A DNA stretch of 32,000 bases, from positions 4,710,001 to 4,742,000 of the forward strand of contig NZ_LN831039.1 of NCBI RefSeq assembly GCF_001457595.1, in the 5' to 3' direction. Position 1 is the stretch's first letter. Every line of letters starts with the position of its first letter. The position numbers and the translations under genes are program-made. This document shows, one piece after another, positions 20,369-28,349 of the stretch. Below the pieces are notes generated by a model. That model did no database searches. It saw only the letters and a program-made list of their open reading frames with translations, and was not told where the DNA came from. The DNA is from Mycolicibacterium smegmatis (GTDB lineage Bacteria; Actinomycetota; Actinomycetes; Mycobacteriales; Mycobacteriaceae).

Positions 20369-20428
20369 TTCATGCAGGTCATGTTGCGGATTCGGCGACC
20401 TGCACGAACAAGCCCTGGGACAATTAAA

Positions 20429-20444
20429 CGTGAGGCAGATCACG
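20429..20444. promoter_or_regulatory. CRP/FNR-type box A
   Basis: CGTGA-ggcaga-TCACG, with half-sites identical to the box upstream of the first rpf gene. Confidence 0.45.
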
Positions 20445-20451
20445 ATCATTT

Positions 20452-20467
20452 TGTGAACTGGGTCACC
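20452..20467. promoter_or_regulatory. CRP/FNR-type box B
   Basis: TGTGA-actggg-TCACC. Centre lies 23 bp from box A. Confidence 0.45.
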
Positions 20468-20491
20468 GAAATCTGTCTCGGTATGTGGGTC

Positions 20492-20507
20492 AGTGAGCCG
20501 GCACACA
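20492..20507. promoter_or_regulatory. weaker CRP-like box C
   Basis: AGTGA-gccggc-ACACA, with one imperfect half-site. Centre lies 40 bp from box B. Confidence 0.25.
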
Positions 20508-20900
20508 GCGTCATCGCGGACTTTGGGCACCAAACATGCAGGTAGACGGCAATCCGCACGCCCAAGAGGCCTCAGCTGGCGACTTTTTCGTTCGCTGCCA
20601 GACCACCTCTCGGACGGTCGGGCAGCCGGCCGCGAAAACCACTGGGACACAGGGTGATAACGGCCCGTGGCGCGACGCGGTTCGGGACTTCGACTCTGGC
20701 CGGGGCATCTCTCGTACGCCGGGAGAGACCTGTAATCCGTAGGCGTACAGCGGGTTTCGGCACAAAGAGGGCGGCCGCACCCGCGGCAGAACGCACGCCG
20801 AGACACGCCCGCACCCCTTGCCGATGCAACAAACCCCGTGGTCAGCGACCGCGTGGTTAGTTAGGCGGGCTAGCGCATCCCCCGCCCCGGCACTCCCCGG

Positions 20901-20934
20901 CGAAATACCGCCCGCGAAACACCTCCGAAACATC
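20901..20934. repeat. three direct repeats CGAAAYAYC
   Basis: CGAAATACC (20901-20909), CGAAACACC (20915-20923), CGAAACATC (20926-20934). Spacings are 14 and 11 bp. Confidence 0.3.
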
Positions 20935-21010
20935 AACGGAGCCAGTAGGTCTCATGACCCTATTTGACGACCGCCGCACCTCCCAGGCCCGGAAGCCCGC
21001 AATCAAACGG

Positions 21011-21059
21011 CCCGGATAAAACCGCCGAATATCGGCAATTTATCTCGAAACGATAAATT
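21011..21059 (-). terminator. AT-rich double hairpin downstream of mobA (candidate terminator of korA-korB-mobA)
   Basis: AATTTATC-tcgaaac-GATAAATT (21037-21059) is followed on the minus strand by GCCGA-tat-TCGGC (21036-21024) and GGTTTTAT. The stems are short or AT-rich, hence low confidence. Confidence 0.3.
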
Positions 21060-21114
21060 CAGGCCAGATCGCGGACAATTTCGCAATTTGCTGAAATCGA
21101 GCACGCATATTCGG

Positions 21115-21726
21115 TCACGGTAGATCGTCCGGGGTGTTCACGTTGGTGAGCGCCTTCTGCGGCTCCATCACGAGCCGCTGCGTGTCCACGCGGTCGGCGA
21201 GCGCACGCATGCTGCGCTCCCCCGCCCCGACCAGGTCGCCGATCGTCGTCGCCAGGTCGGTGCGGTAGATCCCCGCCAGATAGTGGTCGCGGCCGTCCCA
21301 CGGCAGCACGATGTCCACGCCCAGCCGCCGTGCGGGGTCGACGAGCGTGTCGATGAGCTCGGCGGACAGGTACGGCATGTCCACCGCACACACGAACGCC
21401 AGCTCGCAGCCCGCTTCCGCGGCCGCGCGCAACCCGCGGCCTGCGGCCACCAACGGCCCGACACAGCGCACCTCGTCACGCAGTACCTGCGCGGGCAGGT
21501 CAGGGAGCGGCTGGCCCGGGGCGGCGATCACGAACACCGGCGCGCAGCGCTGGGCGACCGCGGCCACCACACGCTCCACCAGCGTCGCGCCGTCGAACAC
21601 GAGGGTGGCCTTGTCCCGCCCCATACGACGCGAAGCCCCGCCCGCCAGCACTACGGCGGCGAGCGGGGCTGCGCTCAAATCGTCTCGGTCAGTACCTTCA
21701 GTCGACAGTCCAAGTGTCTTTACCAC
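21115..21726 (-). CDS. mobA: molybdenum cofactor guanylyltransferase
   Basis: 203 aa with [14 protein letters not shown], the MobA NTP-transferase motif. GTG 21726 overlaps the korB 3' end by 29 nt. An alternative TTG at 21678 lies 19 nt after the korB stop. Confidence 0.85.
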   Translation of the reverse strand: MVKTLGLSTEGTDRDDLSAAPLAAVVLAGGASRRMGRDKATLVFDGATLVERVVAAVAQRCAPVFVIAAPGQPLPDLPAQVLRDEVRCVGPLVAAGRGLRAAAEAGCELAFVCAVDMPYLSAELIDTLVDPARRLGVDIVLPWDGRDHYLAGIYRTDLATTIGDLVGAGERSMRALADRVDTQRLVMEPQKALTNVNTPDDLP

Positions 21727-22780
21727 GCAGCAAGGATTGCAGAGCGGCGGTGTCGTGGGGCCTGGATTCGATGGCAGTGGCCACCTGCTGACGCGCGGCG
21801 TCGTCGTAGGTGGGGCGGCTGACCTTGCGGAAGATGCCCATGACCATGTGGTCCAGGTTCTGCTCGGACAGGCGCGACAGCGCGAATGCGTATGCCGGAT
21901 CGTCGATCTGGGCGTCGTGCACCACGATGTCGTCGGCCGAGACCTCGGCGGTCTTGGCGATCTCCAGGCCGTAGCCGGACTTGACCACCGCGTACTCGCC
22001 GTCGGCGCCGAACGTGATCGGCTCGCCGTGGGTGAGGTTGATCAGGCGCTCCTCGGCGCCTTCCTTGCGCAGCGCATCGAACGAGCCGTCGTTGAAGATG
22101 GGGCAATCCTGCATGATCTCCACGAGTGCCGCGCCGCGGTGCTCGGCCGCGCCGCGCAGCACCTCGGACAGGCCCTTGCGGTCGGAGTCCAGCGCGCGGC
22201 CCACGAACGTGGCCTCGGCGCCCAGTGCCAGCGACACCGGGTTGAACGGGTAGTCCAGCGAGCCCATCGGCGTCGACTTGGTGATCTTGCCGACCTCGGA
22301 GGTCGGTGAGTACTGACCCTTGGTCAGGCCGTAGATCCGGTTGTTGAACAGCAGGATCGTGATGTTGATGTTGCGGCGCAGCGCGTGGATCAGGTGGTTG
22401 CCGCCGATCGACAGCGAGTCGCCGTCACCGGTGACGACCCAGACCGACAGGTCGGGACGCGCGAGCGCCAGACCGGTCGCGATGGTCGGCGCGCGGCCGT
22501 GGATCGAGTGGAACCCGTAGGTCTCCAGGTAGTACGGGAACCGGCTGGAGCAGCCGATGCCGCTGACGAACGCGATGTTCTCGCGGCGCAGACCCAGCTC
22601 CGGCAGGAAGTTGCGGATCGTGTTGAGGATGACGTAGTCACCGCAACCCGGGCACCACCGGACCTCCTGGTCGCTGGTGAAGTCCTTGGCCTTCTGCGGC
22701 TGGTCGGTGGTGGGCACCAGGCTCATCTTGGTGAGGCCGGCGTCCGTCAGTCCGAGGTCCGCGCCAGCTAGGTCGGTCAT
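21698..22780 (-). CDS. korB: 2-oxoglutarate:ferredoxin oxidoreductase beta subunit (ThDP-binding)
   Basis: 360 aa with WCPGCGDY and [12 protein letters not shown] (ThDP motif). The ATG overlaps the korA stop (ATGA 22777-22780). Rv2454c-like. Confidence 0.93.
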   Translation of the reverse strand: MTDLAGADLGLTDAGLTKMSLVPTTDQPQKAKDFTSDQEVRWCPGCGDYVILNTIRNFLPELGLRRENIAFVSGIGCSSRFPYYLETYGFHSIHGRAPTIATGLALARPDLSVWVVTGDGDSLSIGGNHLIHALRRNINITILLFNNRIYGLTKGQYSPTSEVGKITKSTPMGSLDYPFNPVSLALGAEATFVGRALDSDRKGLSEVLRGAAEHRGAALVEIMQDCPIFNDGSFDALRKEGAEERLINLTHGEPITFGADGEYAVVKSGYGLEIAKTAEVSADDIVVHDAQIDDPAYAFALSRLSEQNLDHMVMGIFRKVSRPTYDDAARQQVATAIESRPHDTAALQSLLRGKDTWTVD

Positions 22781-24732
22781 GCGTTCGCTCCCACAGCAGA
22801 CTCTTCATTTGCCTCGCCCTCGACGGTGGCTGCCGCCAGCCGTGCGAACTTGGCCTTGTCGTTTTCCTTCTCGGCCAGGGTTCCGTCGAGCGCCGCATCG
22901 ATGATGCCCTCGATCTCGTCGGCCAAGAAAGCCATGCCCTCCACCTTGGTGACCGACTGCACGTCGACCAGGAACCTGCCGCGCAGCAGCAGCGCGAGCT
23001 GGCCGAGGTTCATCTCGGGCACGACCACCTTGGGGTAGCGCGCCAGCACCTCGCCGAGGTTGGCCGGGAAAGGATTGAGGTGGCGCAGGTGCGCCTGGGC
23101 CACCTTGATGCCCTTGCGGCGTGCGCGACGGCAGGCCTCGCCGATCGGGCCGTAGCTGCTACCCCACCCGAGCATGAGCAGTTCGGCGTCGCCGGTCGGA
23201 TCGTCGACCTCGAGATCGGGCACCGTGACGCCGGCGATCTTCTCCTGGCGCAGCCGGACCATGAGGTCGTGGTTCTTGGGCTCGTACGAGATGTTGCCCG
23301 AACCGTTGGCCGATTCGAGGCCGCCGATGCGGTGCTCGAGGCCCGGCGTGCCGGGGATCGCGAACTGGCGGGCCAGGGTCTCGGGATCGCGCGCATACGG
23401 CTGGAACGGCTCGCCCGCCTTGGCGAACGTGTGCTCGATGCGCGGATAGGTCGTGATGTCGGGGATCCGCCACGGCTCGGAGCCGTTGGCCACCGCGCCG
23501 TCGGACAGGATGATGACCGGCGTGTGGTAGTTGATGGCGATCCGCGCGGCCTCCACCGCGATGTCGAAGCAGTCCGACGGCGACCGCGGGGCCACAACCG
23601 CGACCGGCGACTCGCCGTTGCGCCCGAACAGCGCCTGCAGCAGGTCGGCCTGCTCGGTCTTGGTGGGCAGACCCGTCGACGGGCCGCCGCGCTGGACGTC
23701 GATCACGATCAGCGGCAGCTCGGTCATCACCGCGAGGCCGATGGCCTCCGACTTGAGCGAGACGCCGGGGCCCGACGTGCTGGTGACGCCGAGGGCGCCG
23801 CCGTACGACGCGCCGATCGCGGCGCCGATACCGGCGATCTCGTCCTCGGCCTGGAAGGTCAGCACGTTGAAGTTCTTGTGCTTGGACAGCTCGTGGAGGA
23901 TGTCCGAGGCCGGGGTGATCGGGTAGGTGCCCAGCACCACCTGCAGGTCGGAGAGATGCCCGGCCGCGACGATGCCGTAGGCAAGCGCGGTGTTGCCCGA
24001 GATCTGGCGGTACTCACCGGCGGGGAGTTTGGCCGGCGACACCTCGTAGGTGGTCGCGAACGCCTCGGTGGTCTCGCCGTAGTTCCAGCCGGCCTTCAGC
24101 GCCAGCACGTTGGCCTCGGCGATCTCGGGCTTGCGGGCGAACTTCTCACGGATGAAGGCCTCGCTGGCCTCGAGCTCGCGACCGTACATCCACGACAGCA
24201 GCCCGAGCGCGAACATGTTCTTGGCGCGTTGGCCGTCCTTCTTGCTGGCGCCGATCGATTCGACCGCGCCGAGCGTCAGGGTGGTCATCGCGACGGAGTG
24301 CACGACGTAGTCGGACAGCTCGTCGGTCTCCAGCGGGTTGGCGTCGTAGCCGACCTTGGCGAGGTTGCGCTTGGTGAACTCGTCGGAGTTGGCGATGATC
24401 AGGCCACCGCGCGGCAGATCCGACACATTGGCCTTGAGCGCGGCGGGGTTCATCGCGACGAGCACGTCGGGCCGGTCGCCTGCCGTGAGGATGTCGTAGT
24501 CGGCGATCTGGATCTGGAACGACGAGACACCGGGCAGCGTGCCCTGAGGTGCTCGGATCTCGGCCGGATAGTTCGGCTGGGTCGCCAGGTCGTTGCCGAA
24601 CAGCGCGGCCTCGGAGGTGAACCGGTCACCGGTCAGCTGCATGCCGTCGCCGGAGTCCCCGGCGAAGCGGATGACCACCTTCTCGAGCTTCTGCCGCGGC
24701 GCGGCGCCTGTGCCGTTGCCGTTGTCACCCAC
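22777..24732 (-). CDS. korA: 2-oxoglutarate:ferredoxin oxidoreductase alpha subunit
   Basis: 651 aa with IRFAGDSGDGMQLTG and pyruvate-flavodoxin/ferredoxin oxidoreductase domains. GTG 24732 has GGCGGGAG upstream. Rv2455c-like. Confidence 0.93.
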   Translation of the reverse strand: MGDNGNGTGAAPRQKLEKVVIRFAGDSGDGMQLTGDRFTSEAALFGNDLATQPNYPAEIRAPQGTLPGVSSFQIQIADYDILTAGDRPDVLVAMNPAALKANVSDLPRGGLIIANSDEFTKRNLAKVGYDANPLETDELSDYVVHSVAMTTLTLGAVESIGASKKDGQRAKNMFALGLLSWMYGRELEASEAFIREKFARKPEIAEANVLALKAGWNYGETTEAFATTYEVSPAKLPAGEYRQISGNTALAYGIVAAGHLSDLQVVLGTYPITPASDILHELSKHKNFNVLTFQAEDEIAGIGAAIGASYGGALGVTSTSGPGVSLKSEAIGLAVMTELPLIVIDVQRGGPSTGLPTKTEQADLLQALFGRNGESPVAVVAPRSPSDCFDIAVEAARIAINYHTPVIILSDGAVANGSEPWRIPDITTYPRIEHTFAKAGEPFQPYARDPETLARQFAIPGTPGLEHRIGGLESANGSGNISYEPKNHDLMVRLRQEKIAGVTVPDLEVDDPTGDAELLMLGWGSSYGPIGEACRRARRKGIKVAQAHLRHLNPFPANLGEVLARYPKVVVPEMNLGQLALLLRGRFLVDVQSVTKVEGMAFLADEIEGIIDAALDGTLAEKENDKAKFARLAAATVEGEANEESAVGANA

Positions 24733-24786
24733 GGCTCCCGCCTTTCACGCGTTCTTCGGTCGATCGCCCGCGTCACCTGGCACATT

Positions 24787-24806
24787 GCCGTGTGCGGCCG
24801 TGTGCG
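24787..24806. repeat. perfect tandem duplication of the 10-mer GCCGTGTGCG
   Basis: GCCGTGTGCG at 24787-24796 and again at 24797-24806. Lies 55-74 nt upstream of the korA GTG. Confidence 0.8.
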
Positions 24807-24969
24807 ATTTCTCCCCAGGATCGGACCCACCGAATTTTGATGTCACTACCAGTACCGATTATTGCATTGCTCTTAGGCTCGACCTCACCGCTCGCCCCCG
24901 CGACACGCGGGCGCAACATACCGGTATCCCCAGTTCACTGACGTGTTGGAGCCGGGTTCGAGACAAAAC

Positions 24970-24985
24970 TGTGGTTTTCGTCACG
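24970..24985. promoter_or_regulatory. CRP-like box upstream of korA
   Basis: TGTGG-ttttcg-TCACG (GTG-N8-CAC core). Lies ~240 nt upstream of the korA start. Confidence 0.3.
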
Positions 24986-24989
24986 GTGC

Positions 24990-25004
24990 GAGAATGCCAT
25001 TCTC
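24990..25004. promoter_or_regulatory. perfect 15-bp palindrome
   Basis: GAGAATG-C-CATTCTC. Further perfect palindromes nearby: ATACCGGTAT (24918-24927) and GACACGTGTC (25059-25068). Confidence 0.3.
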
Positions 25005-25092
25005 TAAGAAATCGGGCTACCCATCGGTAGTCACGCGCACACTCGGTGAGCCGTACTTGACACGTGTCGAGTTTATCAGGGGTTATGTGCTG

Positions 25093-25941
25093 TCAGACGC
25101 GGTCGGCGGGTTCGACGTGGACCCGCTTGTCGAGTTCGCGCGCCACGAGGCCGCTGGCCAGCTCGGCGGCCCGTCGCGGATCCGCGCCCGCGGCACGGTG
25201 TGCGACGTAACAGGCCGTGAACATGTCCCCGGCTCCGGTGGTCTGGACGCCCAGCACGCGCCATGCGGCGGGCACCCGCACGCGGTCGCCGTCGACGAAG
25301 ATGTCGCAGCCCTCCGACCCGTAGGTCACCAGGATCTCCGGCACGCCGAGGCGCTGGGCCGTGGCGGCGGTGAACGGACCGTCGGCGACGATGACGGCCT
25401 CGTCCTCGGCGAGTTTGAGGATGTCGAGGTGCGTCAGCAGGTCGGCCGGGAAGTGGCGGTCCTCGACGAGCGGCCCCAGGCTGTCCGCCCGCACCAGCCC
25501 CTGACCGTCATAGGCGATGCGGTGGCCGCGCTCCACGAGCGCCGCGAGCGTCTCGGCCGGGAAATCGGTGCGCAGCAGCGGCGCGAGATGCACCCACGTC
25601 GTCGCCGGATCGGCGGCCTCGACGTCAGCGGGTGACCACACCGGGCCGATCGCCTCCACACCCATGTGCCGGTGGTCGGTGTCGTCGTAGTCGAGCCGGA
25701 ACGAGCTGGTGACCGCCGACGGCAGAATCTGCACGAGCGGCCCGAACCGCTCCTGCAGGCCGTCGAACAGCGAGTGGTCGCGTTCGGCGCCCATCGCCAC
25801 GATGCGGCCGACACCGCCCGCGGCCTGCAGCGCGACACCCGCGAACGACGCGCAGCCGCCCGGGCTGGGTGGTGCTCCATTGATGATGTCGATGGCCAGA
25901 TTGCCCAGCACCGTCACGCCAGGGACTAACTCTCGTGGCAT
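25093..25941 (-). CDS. PfkB-family carbohydrate kinase
   Basis: ORF 25093..26271 trimmed to ATG 25941 (MPRELVPGVTVLGNLAIDII), 282 aa. Contains the C-terminal TTGAGDMF anion-hole motif. The upstream part of the ORF is R/P-rich. Confidence 0.85.
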   Translation of the reverse strand: MPRELVPGVTVLGNLAIDIINGAPPSPGGCASFAGVALQAAGGVGRIVAMGAERDHSLFDGLQERFGPLVQILPSAVTSSFRLDYDDTDHRHMGVEAIGPVWSPADVEAADPATTWVHLAPLLRTDFPAETLAALVERGHRIAYDGQGLVRADSLGPLVEDRHFPADLLTHLDILKLAEDEAVIVADGPFTAATAQRLGVPEILVTYGSEGCDIFVDGDRVRVPAAWRVLGVQTTGAGDMFTACYVAHRAAGADPRRAAELASGLVARELDKRVHVEPADRV

Positions 25942-26063
25942 GAACTGGGTCCCTCGGTCGCAATCGATGTCAATACATTCTGACGCCGGCGGATCGTCAC
26001 ATGCGTCGGCCGAAATGGTAGCCGCACATCCTGAACGCCGATCCGGGTGCTCACCCGGACGGC

Positions 26064-27068
26064 TCACATCGGCAGGTTGTAGGGGGTCACCACCTGGATC
26101 GGCGCAGGGCGCACGGGCTCGGCGGGCAACGCCCCGTGCTGCTGCAGGATCAGCCGCATCGCCAGGCGCGCGTCCGCGCGCAGATCGTTGTGCAGCACGG
26201 CCGAGATCCGGCCGTCGCGCAGCAGACGGCGGTTGTCGACGTCGAGGTCGTGGGCGATGAAGACCTTGCAATGCCGGCCCAGCCGGTCGAAGGCCGCGAC
26301 GGTCGCGGTGTTGCCGCCTCCGGGCGAGTAGACGGCGCCCACCGAGGGGTTGCGCTCAAGGGCCTGCAGCACGAGGCGTTCGTTGGTGGCGTCGATGCCG
26401 TCGCTGTCGGTGACCTCGACCACCGTGCGGCCGGAGGCACGCAGACCCGACCGGAAACCCACCTCGCGCTCCCCCTCGCCACGGAACACCGTGCGGCTCA
26501 GGGTGATCAGCACATCGGCCGGATCGGCGCCCAGCCACTGCTCGATCAGGTAGGCGGCGGTGGCGCCCGCGCCGTGGTTGTCGATCCCCACGTATGCGCA
26601 GCGCGCGCTCGTGGGCACGTCGGTGGTGTAGGTCACCACGGGAACCCCCGCGGCCACCAATCGGTCGACGGCCTCCACGACCTCGGGTTCGTCCGCGGCC
26701 TTGAGCACCACACCGTGGCTGGACTTGATGCGCGCCAGGGTGTCGACCATCTGCGCGGTCGAACCCGACTCCCACAGATGGAACCGGGCCCTCAGCAGCG
26801 CGGGCGCGAACGCGGGCAGCTCGGCCTCGACCGCCGTGCGGAACGCGTCGGAGAACCGCCTCGGGGTCTGCATCACCACGTCGATCAGGAAGCGCCTGCC
26901 GTTGAGACGCAGCTGTGCGCGCTGTTTGTCCAGGTCGGCGATCGCCTGCCGGACCTCGGCGCGCGTGTTCTCCCGCACCCCGGGCCGGTTGTTCAGCACA
27001 CGGTCGACGGTCGCCTCGCTCAGGCCGCACTGCTGCGCGATCTCGCGGACCTTGTACCGGTGCGCCAT
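26064..27068 (-). CDS. LacI-family transcriptional regulator
   Basis: Trimmed to ATG 27068 (MAHRYKVREIAQQCGLSEATVDRVLNNRPGV, HTH), 334 aa, with a periplasmic-binding-protein-like sugar-binding core. GGTGGAGG upstream. Confidence 0.92.
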   Translation of the reverse strand: MAHRYKVREIAQQCGLSEATVDRVLNNRPGVRENTRAEVRQAIADLDKQRAQLRLNGRRFLIDVVMQTPRRFSDAFRTAVEAELPAFAPALLRARFHLWESGSTAQMVDTLARIKSSHGVVLKAADEPEVVEAVDRLVAAGVPVVTYTTDVPTSARCAYVGIDNHGAGATAAYLIEQWLGADPADVLITLSRTVFRGEGEREVGFRSGLRASGRTVVEVTDSDGIDATNERLVLQALERNPSVGAVYSPGGGNTATVAAFDRLGRHCKVFIAHDLDVDNRRLLRDGRISAVLHNDLRADARLAMRLILQQHGALPAEPVRPAPIQVVTPYNLPM

Positions 27069-27152
27069 GCGGTGCCTCCACCCCGATCTTGAGGGATTTT
27101 TGATGGATATTTGCCGTTGATTGTGGCACATCGCACAGCAAGACTGTCAGCC

Positions 27153-28349
27153 ATGACCTCATCGCTGGGCTCACCGGTGCGCTCGACGGGAAGCACCCGC
27201 CGCGGCGCGTTCATCGACGAATCCGATTGCTCTCTCGACGATTTCCGGGCGGCCGTCGCTCGCACCACCGATGCGGCCGACTACCCCCACGCCACCGAGA
27301 TCCGCAGCAACGTGCCGGTCTACACCGCCGCGGCGCTCGACGGCACCGACGACGGCAGGCGCCGCGCCGTGCAGACCGAACTGATCGCCGCACTGTCCGA
27401 CGGCCCCGGCGTGGTGCTGTTCGAGAACGCCTTCGATCCCGCCGTGGTCGATTCCGCCGGCGAGGCGTTCACGGCGCTGATCGAACAGCAGCGCGCGGCA
27501 GGCGGTGCCGCGGGTGATCACTTCGGCGCGGCCGGCGCCAACGACCGCGTGTGGAATGCCGCGCAGAAGCTCGCACTGCACAGCCCGCGTGTCTACGCCG
27601 AGTACTACGCCAACGACATCCTGGCGCTGGTGTCCCAGGCCTGGCTCGGTCCGCGCTACCAGGTGACCTCTCAGGTCAACGTCGTCAATCCCGGTGGCGC
27701 CGCACAGGTTCCGCACCGCGACTACCACCTGGGGTTCGTGACGCCCGGCGCGCTCGCGGCGTACCCGGCCCATATCCACCGGTTGTCACCCGCGCTCACA
27801 CTGCAGGGCGCGGTGGCGCACTGCGACATGCCGGTCGAGAGCGGCCCGACCATGCTGCTGCCGTACTCGCAGACGTTCGAGGCGGGCTACATCGCGTTCT
27901 ACCGCCCGGAGTTCATCGAGTTCTTCGCCGAACACCACGTCCAGTTGCCGCTGCGCACCGGGGACGCCGTGTTCTTCAACCCGGCCCTGTTCCACGGTGC
28001 CGGGGCCAACACCTCGACCGGCATCCGGCGCATGGCGAACCTGCTGCAGATCTCGTCGCCGTTCGGTCGGGCCATGGAGGCGCTGGACCGCACGGCGATG
28101 ATCCGCGCGGTCTACCCCGAATTGCTCGCCATGAAGGCCGCGGGCCGCCCCGAGCACGAACTGGCGAACGTCATCAACGCGACCGCAGAGGGCTACGCGT
28201 TCCCCACCAACCTCGATCTCGACCAGCCCATCGGGTCGCTCGCGCCGCCCAGTCAGGTCGACACCGTGCTCGAAGCACTCGCCACCCGCCGCACCCCGGC
28301 GGAACTCGACACCCTTCTCTCACAACAGGATGAACGGAGAATCCCATGA
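27153..28349 (+). CDS. phytanoyl-CoA dioxygenase (PhyH)-family Fe(II)/2-oxoglutarate dioxygenase
   Basis: HxD facial triad in QVPHRDYH, distal His in PALFHGAGAN, Arg in RRMANLLQ. ATG 27153 was chosen over TTG 27111. No clear SD, so the start is uncertain. Confidence 0.8.
   Translation: MTSSLGSPVRSTGSTRRGAFIDESDCSLDDFRAAVARTTDAADYPHATEIRSNVPVYTAAALDGTDDGRRRAVQTELIAALSDGPGVVLFENAFDPAVVDSAGEAFTALIEQQRAAGGAAGDHFGAAGANDRVWNAAQKLALHSPRVYAEYYANDILALVSQAWLGPRYQVTSQVNVVNPGGAAQVPHRDYHLGFVTPGALAAYPAHIHRLSPALTLQGAVAHCDMPVESGPTMLLPYSQTFEAGYIAFYRPEFIEFFAEHHVQLPLRTGDAVFFNPALFHGAGANTSTGIRRMANLLQISSPFGRAMEALDRTAMIRAVYPELLAMKAAGRPEHELANVINATAEGYAFPTNLDLDQPIGSLAPPSQVDTVLEALATRRTPAELDTLLSQQDERRIP

Noticed and set aside
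20536-20742. 68-aa ORF (MQVDGNPHAQEASAGDFFVRCQ...) and other ORFs (20261..20806 -, 20511..20936 -, 20654..20860 +) inside the long rpf upstream region.
   Set aside because: No SD or leaderless -10 precedes any start. By my count, third-position GC of the 68-aa ORF is only moderate (48 of 68 codons end in G/C), which is low for a genome of this GC content. The compositions are C/R/P-rich or featureless. Translation cannot be excluded without ribosome profiling.
24940-24965. tRNA-like T-loop sequence GGGTTCGAGAC in the korA upstream region.
   Set aside because: The flanking bases do not form a 5-bp T-stem, and no acceptor, D or anticodon arms can be drawn on either strand.
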